64,000 nt of DNA from Phallusia mammillata. Lineage: Eukaryota. Every line of letters starts with the position of its first letter. The first letter of the stretch is position 1. This document shows positions 13,234 through 24,924 of this stretch, piece after piece. The notes below the pieces were generated by a model. The model did not search any database. It saw only the letters and a list, made by a program, of their open reading frames with translations, and was not told the DNA's origin. The position numbers were made by a program, and so were the translations under genes. The DNA lies in NCBI GenBank assembly GCA_965637545.1, contig OZ281497.1, positions 24,304,001 to 24,368,000 on the forward strand. The letters are read 5' to 3'.

Positions 13234-15069
13234 GCCTGTTGAATTAGACTATTGCCAAACTCAAAATGTCGACACACAATCTATTTTAGATTCTGAAACA
13301 CAGCAAACGACATGAGAGTTTGTGGCTTTCTTTTACAGCATTATTTTAATGTAATATAAAAAAACCTGAAAGCAAAACAAATATGTTCTTTAACTCATTT
13401 TTTCGGGCTATTTGTTGACCTAAATATCGGTTTTCAAAACAATGCTTTGAGGCAAATTGTACAGACAGACTTTTGCTATTATGTGATCAGCGATGCGTTG
13501 TGAATTTCAGGTACCATTTGTAAAAAACAACAGAAGAAAACCTAGAACAAAAACGTAAATAAATTTAACCAAGACTCTTGTAACTAAATAAACTTTTACC
13601 ACTGCCAATAAAATAAAATAAATAATCTTTGATTATGTTGGGTAATACTGATAAAAATATAACATATGCATAATCTGTGCAATGCAACTTAGTTTTTCAA
13701 ATTGCTCCCTTCAATGATATTGCCGTTTGCACTCGAATCTTTTACTCTACTGGTTAGTCACAACAATTGACTGAAAAATATGCTCTAGGCCTTTTTTAAC
13801 AGCACGCATGTGGCCTACTAAGCACGCATAGTCAATTTGGAAACTCAGGAAGTGGTCAAATGGACAGTCCAACGATTTCTACACATATCTGGTACTTAAG
13901 GCCACTTGACTAGGCTATCTGAACATTACCTAGAAGTCTGCATGTTGCTTTGCTGACGGCGAAATTGATTGCTGCAGTTTCGTGAACAACGGCGCCGACG
14001 GTTTTGTTTAACGATTAATGTTTGTCATGTAAACTCTCTCATCCGTTCATGTGTACTTTGGTCGCAAAGCTAAATCCCATTTTACACTAGCTGTATGTTG
14101 AAGTTATGTGGGCCTTTTTCACTGTACCGTTTCCAGTAAGCCTTTACCGTAGTTTGTGTAAAGAATACGAAAGTAAAGTAAGACATTCTAATTATAGATT
14201 CCTAAAATATCGTGTTTGCTGTATGCTCGTGTTTAGACAAAAAAAACACCAATTTGGCAAAATTCGACATACATTCATACAGCTTTTCATGTTAATTGTG
14301 GCCATAATTCTGCTATAGACTGGACTCCAGTCCAGTCTGTGGAGCATTTATTCGCACACGAATGATGTGTATGGCCAGTGCGTACATTTCTCTTTCATTT
14401 CGTTAAGGCTATTATTGGTAGCGTCATCAGCCTATATCTTTTAAAGTGTTTGTTTAAAAGATTTTTTTTTACTACTATAGCTCAACATTTTTTTTGGTAA
14501 AAATATGCACACTTTTTGTATGAACTGCGAAAATGGAGCGTATTCACGTTTCCATACGTAGGTTGATCCAACCGGATAAAAGTATTTGGTGTGGATTTCG
14601 AAAAAAATTAGAAATAGCATTTAGAAACTTACAAATTTGCAAGCAATTTAAATTGGACATGTGATGTGTTATCACGTATCACCTGGTAATGTGGCAAATT
14701 TAACAGTTTGGTTTCGGGACGATGATGGCTCTCTAATGCAACTTTGTGCAACTAAAAGGTTGTGTAATTATGATGGGCTATTTAAAATTGATTATAATTA
14801 TTTGCTCACTAATTTTAGCATTGTGATATTCATAGAGTAGAATGATTAATCACTGGCAATGGTTACAGATTTCAAGCAAAATACACACGAGCTTGATCGT
14901 ATCTTTAATAACTTTCTAAAAACCCATACGTTGTGGCGAAATTACTTTTACTAAAGCGTACGTTAGGTTGATCGGGTTGACTTTATTACTACAGAAGTGT
15001 CTTTCGCTGTAGATGTTTTACGCTCTTAAGTCCTTGGCTATCTGAGCTACTGTTTGTCTGAGCTTAGTC

Positions 15070-15431
15070 CAGGGTCGTGCAACATATGGTCGCGAGCTAA
15101 AACACGGCCCACGACAGCTATTTGTGTTGCCTGCGCTGACTGCATCGAGTAGTCCATTGTATTATACTCTCCACGTTAATCGTAGGAAGTTGTTTATTTG
15201 GCATTTTTGACATTTTATTACAAGTTAAAGTTAAGAGAAATCTCTCTGGTTTAAAATGTTTCCCTCATGGACCCTTGGAAACAACCCAGGGACCCTTGAG
15301 CGAACTGCAGGTTGGAAATCACTGCAATAAATGTTTTTTTTTTTTTTTTTATCAAAATGTATTAAATTGGACCTCAGCATCGTTATACATGTAAATTGTG
15401 GCCCATTGTGATAAACAGTTGCACGTACCTG
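15070..15431. mobile_element. hAT MITE, 362 bp, older copy
   Basis: TIRs cagggtcgtgcaac / gttgcacgtacctg; TSD gcttagtc versus gcttaggc (1 mismatch). Confidence 0.75.
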
Positions 15432-16184
15432 GCTTAGGCAGATAAAATGGACGGCGTTTAACGTTAGACTTAGTTTATTGAGTATGAGTCAGGAGGTAAT
15501 AAGAGTGAGAAAGATAGTATGTGATATCGTTACAACACATGTGAACATATACAGCGAGAAAGGTGACGATGACGTAACTGTACAAATGGTAAAATGTGTT
15601 ATTTAGCAAGAAATGACAATTTAGGTCGAGTACTAAAATGCTGACGATGACGAAACAAATCGTACAATCACGTGACAAAGTCACTCGTATGATATTTGCG
15701 CATATTTGTACTGCAATACACGATACACAACACGTGCAAACGTTGGGTCTAAGTCATCAGTGCGTAAAATTCCAAATACAGTATTTTGTATAGATTAAGC
15801 TAAAAACGGTTTACAATTGGCAGCATTCAACCGTCGTATTTTATGATTATGTTTTGGATTTCTTACATGTTTAAATTACCATACGTTTGCAAACTGTTAA
15901 ATGATTGCTTTAGTAAAAGACAGTCACTGTTTCAACACGGATAAAGTCCTTTTGTGGCTGCCCTAGATTTGATGGTGGGCATGAAATTGGGGCGACAACA
16001 GCTTTAAATCCATTTTTCAAAGTACAAATCCGGATCAGTCCGGTAATGAAAATATGGCTGAAATGATACACACCCAAAAGTTCTTCATGAATATAATTTA
16101 CTGCTGCTTAATTACAATGTTGTAAGCAAGAAAATTGCGGCATGGATAAAAATTGCAGTGGTAAAACTGCATCGTCATATTGCT

Positions 16185-19100
16185 TTACTCTTTATAATTC
16201 TTTTGGAATGGGTGGTATTTATGGATTTCCCTGAAAAAAAGAAACATTACACGAATACTACGTGCAAACCATTACTTTAAAGTTTAAAGTCATGTCGACC
16301 CCCTATAATAGTTGTTTTTAACCTGTGGGTAGTTTTGATATATGGGTAAGTTACCTACAAGTTATCCTACAAAAAAGTCTATCAACTCTAAGCAGAAGTA
16401 TATTAGACCAGTTGCATATAAATATCATGCGTGCCAATTTTTTTCACAACAGTTTTCGAACTCAAGCATTTAGTTATTAACTTGACAACTCACTGTCGCC
16501 AGTACATATCACCACTAAACGTATACGTGGTGGCAAGTTGTGCAACCCTGGTTCAAAGTAATGACATGTATCGGCTATTTCTTGTTTAATTTATTTTAAA
16601 AAGTTGGTTGCAAACTTACCACTGGAGGGCGAACATACGAAAGTTTTGATCAAACAAGTTGATGGTGTTCATGTCTTCGTCAGTAAGTTCGAAATCAAAT
16701 ACCTAAAATAGAACACAAGTAATTGCATATCGATTGTCACTTGTAGTCATCCTTGTTAAAGGGAGTGTGATTCCAACTTAATCTAGGTTGTAAATTTGAC
16801 TTTTACAACACAAGTCACAGCACGCCAGGACTATAGAAGGCTTCATATTAAATCACGTCGGTCTCTTAAGCATTCCCTCATGGCAAAGCACAGGATAAAG
16901 AAACTATCTCATGGTGGGTTTCAAACCCGCAACAGCAGCGTATTAGGCAAGCTCAGCAGTGAACCTGTCTAAGACGAATCACAAGCATCGTTGTCTGCCT
17001 CGTATGGTGCACATGTCAGCTTAAAGCAGGGTTGGGGAACCTACTTTGCGTCGCGGGCCGCATGAATTGCACAACATTTTCAGGCGGGCCACATACTTTT
17101 TTATTTTCAAAATCCATGTAAAATACCCGAAGCACACAAGTGGTTTTATGTTTCATCGCTTCACATTTGATTTTTTTTCTTTGCTGTTACATGTTTGCAA
17201 CTAACAAGGCATACAGGTTTATCACTTATTTCGACTAAAAAGTATTAGTTTGTCCATTCTTTCTGGAATACCCTAGCTCCATTATACCGATCTGTCTTTT
17301 TTTCCAAGGATATATTTTTAATAACACAATAAGGATCCACGCTAATAGCTCTCAAGCCGTTTTAAAACTAACACCACATGGCGAATGATTTGTCACTGCA
17401 AGGAGAGGCAATCGAGTGACTGTTATACGTCACAAATATAGCAAGTGTGGCAATTTTTAGTAGTTTGGCGTCATATTGTGGAATGGGAAGATTACTACTA
17501 ATATCGAAGTCATTTCAAGGAAATATTTGTACATCAACATTTATTGTTTTTTTATGCTATGTTGTGTACTGTACTTTAACTAGATTGTGACGGGGGCCGC
17601 ATTAAAAAGACAAGCGGGCCAAATGTGGCCCGCGGGCCGCAGGTTCCCCACCCCTGGCTTAAAGGTAGGGAAACGCCAGGTCGACCAGTAATCAGTCAAG
17701 ATAAACATAAATTTATGACTGGGATCGGCCCTGAAGCGTTCATGCAGACCAACGATCACGGCATATCCATATATAAATCAAGTACGCCAGACTTATTAAG
17801 GCGTCGTACCGAATTAACCCGTCACAAAGCACTCCCATATGGGAAACATCTATCCTGAGGTGGGATGCGACGCAGGCTTGTCGGTATTTTCTACTAAAAC
17901 AATAAAGTATACAAGCTGGATACAGTACACATACTGTTCTCAGTATCAGCAAAAAAACTTGCCTCGTATAGATTCAGGGGCATCAGGCGTTAAATTTGCA
18001 CCACAGGTTTCGTTTTTTTTTTTTTAAGTTTCATCCGCAAACTAAACGTCTGACTTAAATCGTTCTTGACAGGTCACAAGCAACTAAATCTACATGACAA
18101 AGGGAAAACACTTTTTCAAAAATAAACCTGAAAATTGCTCTCAATCCTGGATGGTGTTACGCTCTTAGGGATGACAATCACTCCTCTCTGGATCTGAAAT
18201 CTGATGAGGACTTGTGCTGCTGTTTTCCCGATTCTCTTTGCAATTGCAAGAAGCTTAGGATCTTCCAAAAGAACTGGTTCACCCTCCGTTGCCCTACAGT
18301 TTAAAATATTAGTTTGAACACGAGAGAGACTAAAATTACTTAATGTAAAAATCTTCTAACACAAGAATTCACAGCAGACAATTTCTACCGATAGGGGGCG
18401 CAATGAGCATTCGCAAATATTTGAAATGTAATTGGTGTAAAAATGCATACGGTTTGGGCTAAAATCTTGTGACAAAAATAACAATGAAATTCACCAAATG
18501 AACAAGTTTTGTATCTTAAATTTAGTACCTCTTCGTGTTAAATTTAGAAGTAGGAAACCTAGTCTCACGGTTAATTTAAATAACTTCGCTCTTTACGCGA
18601 TCTATCGGTAATTAGCAAACTTTTCTACTATTAATTCTTGTGTTAGTAGCTGTATGGACTTTTGTAGGTGTTAAATCGCATACAGAGCGACAAGTGTATA
18701 TGTGAACGTTCCAGGCATATAATTGCTTTTTACCTGTCCCGCATTTCGTCAAGTTAATCATAACTTCAGTGTTTACGTGATGAGCGAAACATATGGAATT
18801 ACACCGTCCCAATATCGTATGCAGCTAGTGCCATGTATATTTGAAAGCGGTAGAGTTACTAACACAATACCTCACGGCAGACCGACATGTAGCTAAATGT
18901 TGATAGGTGGCGCAAAGGGCTGAATTATTTATTTAACAGTCACGAGAGGTATATGGTTAGGAAGCAAGTTTTTTAAAATTTTAGGTTGGGAACTAAGTTT
19001 TCAAGATTGTTTGTTGTATTTTGAATGAAAACAGCTTACCTCAACTCAAACAGACATAAATCGTATTAAAAGAGTGGTGATTTTGCTAAATGTAGGGCTG

Positions 19101-21523
19101 CCATGAGGAACGATGAAGTTAGAAAATTTACTAAAATATTTAAAAGTCGTATTTTGATATAATGGGTACCATGGCCTTTCGTTAGATCCAAGAGGACTGT
19201 AGGCAGTGACAGAAATTCCCTTTGACTGACAGAATTCGACCATATTTGTCTGTAGCAAATAGGGATGCAACTCGACTTGGTGATTGGCAGGAACGACTTT
19301 GCATTCTTTTAAGATTCTTCCGAGTTGAAATTCGTTGAAGTTTGAAACTCCAATGCTTTTCACTAAACCTTCGTCCACCAGCTTTTCCAATGCCTTTAGA
19401 ATAATATTGTAATTAGCTCCAAGCTAAAATGGTAAAACTATGTAGGGCAAACCAATTTACATCATACCTCACAGGAGCCCCACACTAGGCTTAAATCTAT
19501 GTGGGGGGGAAAGCCAATAAAGGTAACGGTTGGGGCTGTTTGGGTTGGGGTAAGGTATATTATGATAAAAAAAAACAAAAAAAAATACAATTTTGAAACT
19601 TTCTAACCCACAAGTTTCACTATTTTTCTAATTCTATCTCCATTTAGCTGTTAACTAGATAATTCAGCTATTTGCCCCACCTATCAAAATTTTTTTAAAA
19701 AAAATTACGGTTTGTCATGAGGTACAGTGTTAGTAGCTTCACCATGTGGTCGCAAAAATTAGGCAAAAGACCGTTTTGTTCTGCATAAAATGTGGATGTT
19801 TGTAGTTTAAATTGGCTTTTATTGTTTGGCATAGCATATAAATAGAGAGAAATGGCTAATAAAACTATACGTTGAATATGTTTAGGCAAAAAGTAAACAG
19901 CAGTTAGAAAAGGTGGAGGTTGGGAACCATTTTTAGTACGTTTTTGGTTAGGAATTAAGTTTCAAACTTAAAAAAAAAATTTAAAATGGTTTAAAAAAAT
20001 TATTACAAAACTCTACCCCGACGTAAATACCCATAACCGTTTGCATTTTTACATGAAAGTTATTTTAAATTGGCGCAAGTGTTTTCAGTATTTAGCACAT
20101 TTTCGGCACACGTAAAATTATGGTTAGTGTATTTTCCGATAAAACAAACAACGAAAACCGGCAACACTGAGGTTTTAGTCCGAATTGTAGAATAAGTAAA
20201 TGGAGTTTATCCCCTAGTTACCTTGTATGTGTCAACATAATCTACGTCTGAAGCTATATGTTGCCCGTTCTCATCCTTTGGGAACATGCTTCCATTGTTC
20301 TGCAAAGCAAATAAAGAATACAAAATAAGCAAAGTAAATTAACAAGAAACAAATCAATTTGCAATGGCATTTGGGGCGATAAAGCAAAGCACAATGACAC
20401 ACGTGTCTAAAGGCTGGAAAAAGGCATTATCTTATGGCCCTTGACAAAGTATGGCGCCTTACGGGCCTCCGTCTAATTGATGTCAATACATACTTGCCAT
20501 TACCGCCTCCTCCACTGTTTCGTGTACATACCGTCACAACGCTTCGCAACGATTTATAATCCTTTATCTATTGCTATTGTGCTGCTACTTTTTTAATCAC
20601 CATGCGAAAAAAACCAACTTAACTTTATAATAAAATGTTTTTCGGTTTTCTTTGAAAGAGTGCACTCATTGCTTAAATTTTAGTGGAAGTTTATGTGAAG
20701 AACATTTAAATCATGTTTGGGAAGAAAATAGGTTTTGTCCGAGTGTGGACTTGTATAATATTATCACTCACAATGTATCCCGTCGGCCAGTGAATCAAAT
20801 ACAGGTCGAGATACTCAAGTTTTAGGTTTTCCAGTGATTTCTGGACACCTACACGTACATCCTTAGGGTCGTGGTGAACATTCCAAAGCTAAAACGCAGA
20901 TACGAATGTCAACTGCAAACTGTTTTAGACAAAACCACCATGCTTTTGATTTAACTACTTCTACCGCTATTTTGATGTTGTACCTTAACTTTCCGTAAAC
21001 CACTGAACAGTATCGGAGACATACCTTGCTAACAATAAATAGATCTTCCCGTTTGACTTTGTTTTCCTTGATTTTTGTTGCAATGCCTTCTCCGACCTCG
21101 TTTTCGTTTCCATACGCTAAAGCACAGTCAATGTGGCGATATCCTACGTCAATCGCACATTCAACAGCTGCTTTCACTTCCCCAGGTTTAGACTAAAAAT
21201 TATTATCAAATTGCACATTACAAAATCGTTTAAATTTTAATATATGTTTTAATTCAAAGTGTATCTCATAACGAATATCAGTATGTTGTTCGTGTGTAAT
21301 TTTTTTTACTAGTTTATTGAACACGTACCTTATGAAATATGCTACACATGCTAGCAGAGTTTCTACAGAAAACAGCAACACAGATGAAAAGGTTGAATTT
21401 AATTTGGTTTAATTTAAGCCTTTGTAGTTATACCGTTAAGCGTTAAATTCCTACCTGCCATGTTCCAAGTCCGAGCATTGGCATTTTTGTGCCACAATTT
21501 AACGTTAACAATGTAACTGACAT
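16185..21523 (-). CDS. AKR1B-like: Aldo-keto reductase family 1 (AKR1B-like), copy 3, complete, 316 aa, 8 coding exons
   Basis: Exons 21523-21455, 21192-21025, 20888-20772, 20299-20222, 19393-19170, 18293-18128, 16702-16620, 16230-16185 (951 nt incl. TAA). Same exon sizes as copy 2; catalytic tetrad intact. Confidence 0.96.
17027..17656. mobile_element. hAT (Buster-type) MITE, 630 bp, in AKR copy 3 intron 6
   Basis: TIRs cagggttggggaacct / aggttccccacccctg; perfect TSD gcttaaag; subterminal gcgggccgc motifs. Confidence 0.92.
18863..19115. mobile_element. Degenerate long-TIR MITE in AKR copy 3 intron 5 (position homologous to 10469-10710)
   Basis: cacaatacctcacggcag...gataggtggcgcaaag at left; tgtagggctgccatgaggaacgatg at right. 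Confidence 0.6.
19460..19729. mobile_element. Degenerate long-TIR MITE in AKR copy 3 intron 4
   Basis: Ends catcatacctcacagg / catgaggtacagtg, both flanked by tta (possible 3-bp TSD). Confidence 0.6.
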
Positions 21524-21804
21524 GCCTGTTGAACTATTGAACCAATATATTTCAGATTCTGAAACACAGCGAGCAACATGAGACTTTGTAGCTTTCTTTT
21601 ACAGTATTCCAGGTAATGTCGACTGGATTCGGACAGTATTTGTCTAAAAATCGGACATTTTACGACAAAAACAAAAACAAAAGCGTATTATTACAAGCAA
21701 GGAACCAAAATCGACGTGCCAATTGCCATCTTTCGCGTTTACGTTACCTCCACTTAATTTTAGACCTGGCACCAGCCAAATTTCAGTGTTAGTAACTCTA
21801 CCTT

Positions 21805-22448
21805 CCGGTTTACACCAAGCGCGTGCGAAGCGAGGAACGCGAAATTTCTTTCTCTATTTAAGCCCATTTCGCGCCTCTCTCTCGTTTGCACGCTTCGCGT
21901 CTGGGTTGCTCCGTGAGCAACAGAAACGGCGCTTGGCGTGAGAATATTGCCCAGAATATGTAGGAATGATCAGTCTTGGTCATTTATGTCGGATATACTT
22001 TGTTGTCATATGGAGGTTTAGGCGCTGCAACTTTATTACACAATGTCAATTGATTGAAGAAATATATCACGATAAAAGTGCTGAACAGTCTGTCATATCG
22101 CGCTGTCATATCAAAAAGCACATAATCAATATACCATTTTCAAATGGTGATAGAATAGTTTAGAAGCAATTTTCGTATTATCAATTGCAAAACCACATCT
22201 TTAATGGTCATGGGCTTTGTATTGTGTACTATTGTTCAATTAACCCTTCACATGCAACAACTCAACACAATTCTATGCAATTATTTGCAAGTCTTAGCAG
22301 ATATTGGGCGTGCACCACTGCCGGATGAGCGGACGAAACAGCTGTGTTCGCAACGTTTGCGCCTGGTGTGTGCAAACCTCGATTTTCGCGTCATTCGCAT
22401 GAGGAAAAAAAGAGCCGATCGCGTTCGCGCTTGGTGTAAATCGGGCCC
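21805..22448. mobile_element. Degenerate MITE with GC-rich inverted ends (PIF/Harbinger-like, tentative), just upstream of AKR copy 3
   Basis: ccggtttacaccaagcgcg at 21805 is the near-reverse complement of cgcgcttggtgtaaatcgg at ~22426-22444. Terminal bases and TSD are not clean. Confidence 0.55.
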
Positions 22449-23159
22449 TACACGGATGGGTCACAGTTCAACGCACTTGCTAAAATGATGCTGATTTACA
22501 AGTTTTTCTGATGTTACAATAAAAGTTTTAATTAATTGCTCGTTTGTGCTCAGTTTCGTCAAACTACCAGTGGAAGACCAATTAGTACAAAACCATTTAG
22601 TTGCTTTTTTTCGTTAAGATTGGCTAAGTTGTACCCAAAAGTACAAACACAATTATTTATGTCGTCTCTAACAGCCCAATCAAGAACATAATTTGCAATT
22701 CATGTAGCTGCAGTGCATTTAGTCATGATCCACCAATTGTTCTTTTCTCTTTTTTACGCCCCATGGCGTCTTAACGTTGCGCAGTTATTTCCGGCTTGGT
22801 GATTTTTCAGTGCAGTTGTGTCGCAATGTGTGTTTTTTCACCAAACGAAATAAACTACCCAAATCAACTGTTTTTGCGCTTCATGCCAGCTTAAATTGCG
22901 CAGCTCTTTCCGGCCTGGTGATTGTTTTAGTGTAAGTTGCCATGTGTTCTTTCACCAGAGCCACTATATTGACGTGCCTGGTCAGTGGTCACTATCGCCT
23001 TTTTCTTTTTAGTTCGTCGTTTCTTCCTTTCTCTTTGAAGCGCCGTTCTTTTTCGACCCCTCTGCCGGTTCACGCTTTAGTTGTGTTACATAAAGAGGTG
23101 GTTCTGAATGAAAAGGTAGAGCTACTAATACAAGAACTCACAAACAAAAAAGGCACTAA

Positions 23160-23598
23160 CACTATAACCCACGTCAGTCGCACATTTATCTAATTTTGAA
23201 TAGGTGACGCAAAGAGCACAAATCTTGAAAACGATACATCTTATAATATTTCTGCATTTAAGGCTATTAGGGTGGGGGTTAGGTATTATCAGGGTTTTTT
23301 AAGGTTTGGGTGACCGCTAAGTAGTTTTAAATAGCCGCAAGTGTTTCATTTAAATACCAAAAATAGCCATATTTGCTTAAATAGCCATTTTGGGAAACCG
23401 CTGGAGAAATTTTACCTTAAAATACACTGGGTATTATCATTAAAAATTCATTAAAATTAACCCCAATACTTCTTAATGTACAATTTTCAAAAACTTACTT
23501 CCTAATCACACCCCTCTTTAACAGCCAAATAAATAATTCAGCTCCTGCGTAACCTATCGAAAGTTAGCAAAATGTGTGGCTGACGTGAGTTATGATGT
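23160..23598. mobile_element. Long-TIR MITE (~57-bp TIRs), 439 bp
   Basis: cactataacccacgtcagtcgcacattt...ataggtgacgcaaagagc is mirrored by gctcctgcgtaacctatcg...aatgtgtggctgacgtgagttatgatg. Confidence 0.8.
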
Positions 23599-24924
23599 AC
23601 GCAGCGTCATAGAAGTCACGTGTTTTTCTACAGACTTTGGGTGTAAGTACCGCTCTATACAATGTAGCCTGCAAGACGTTGCGAATTTTGATTCGATGTA
23701 AGATTGGTACTACAAGAAAAGTTTAATATTGTTTATTTGCGAGTTACATTGACTATGAAGTATATGTGATCAAACCACCACACAAATAATAATGATGATT
23801 GAATTGTAAGAAGACGTTTGCTAAGGGTCGATAAGTGATCAAAAGCATACTGATTTTGATACAACGATGACCTTGTTTCAACTACAATCCCAATTTGATA
23901 AACTCGTACTAACGTAGCTTTGTTTTACAAACCTTACTATTGAGATAAAATGTCGGGATAAAAGTATTTGGTGTGGTTAACCCGGAAACCTTTATAAATC
24001 GCGTTTAGAAACTGGTCACAAATATGCGAGCAATTTATATTGGGCAGTGATGTGTTATTACGTATCATCTGGTAATGTGGCAAATTTAACAGTTTTGTTT
24101 CGAGACAATTGTCGCTTTCTAATGTCACTTTGTGCAACTAAAATGTTATGTAATTATGATAGGCTGTTTAAATTTGATTATAATTATTTGTTCATTAATT
24201 TGAGCATTGTGATATTCATAGAATGTAATACCACTTACTGGCAATCGATACAACACAAAACAGATGTTAATTGTTGTCACCTTTCGATTAACTTCAGTCA
24301 AGCGAGTGCGCCCAGGTATTTGTTTACAAAAGCGGTTGGCTTTCTCCGCAAGGCTTAGGAAGTTGAGTTTCAACCCTGCCCGACCAGAAAAGGACGAACG
24401 ACGTAAATACCAAATGACGATGATCATGTTAATGCTATAACACAACAACACGAGTTATTTTGCGTACGCTTTTATCTGAGCAGTAAGTGAAGCTGCTGTT
24501 TAAGAAATTTGTAAGATTTTTTTATGGTGTTGGTGTTTGTTGCTAATTTCTTGTGCCAATTTAGCGTGAAAAAGTCATGGTTTTGTTTCTTATAGGCATC
24601 TGAGCAAAACATTTGATTTGAGCAGAAATGTATTTCAAAGTCTCCTTGGTTTTGTTTGGAATAGCCTGGTTTTGGAGTTGTTATACAGGTACGTAATAAA
24701 AACTAAATACATGCTAAACATTTGTTTTTTAAGAATGATTAATCTAACGCTTCAATTTGTATTTTTAATAATTTAAACGAAATTTTGTTGATAAATTTCT
24801 TCTCCTCTTGTAAACTTTTATGTTTGACATATTCATTTTAATATTGATTTATTTTACTTCTAAGCTTTCATAAGCGAAAGAGATACAACTATTTGTATTC
24901 CTTGATAGTGTGTTTACACTTTAG

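Noticed and set aside
23937-24451. ORFs faintly resembling a LINE endonuclease (CLETKL...LPHYQMIR)
   Set aside because: Similarity is too short, the frame is broken in the paralogous block at 14570-14870, and there is no RT nearby.
24524-24593. Candidate signal-peptide exon for the adhesion GPCR (MVLVFVANFLCQFS)
   Set aside because: No strong donor in the phase required by the next candidate exon; left unresolved.
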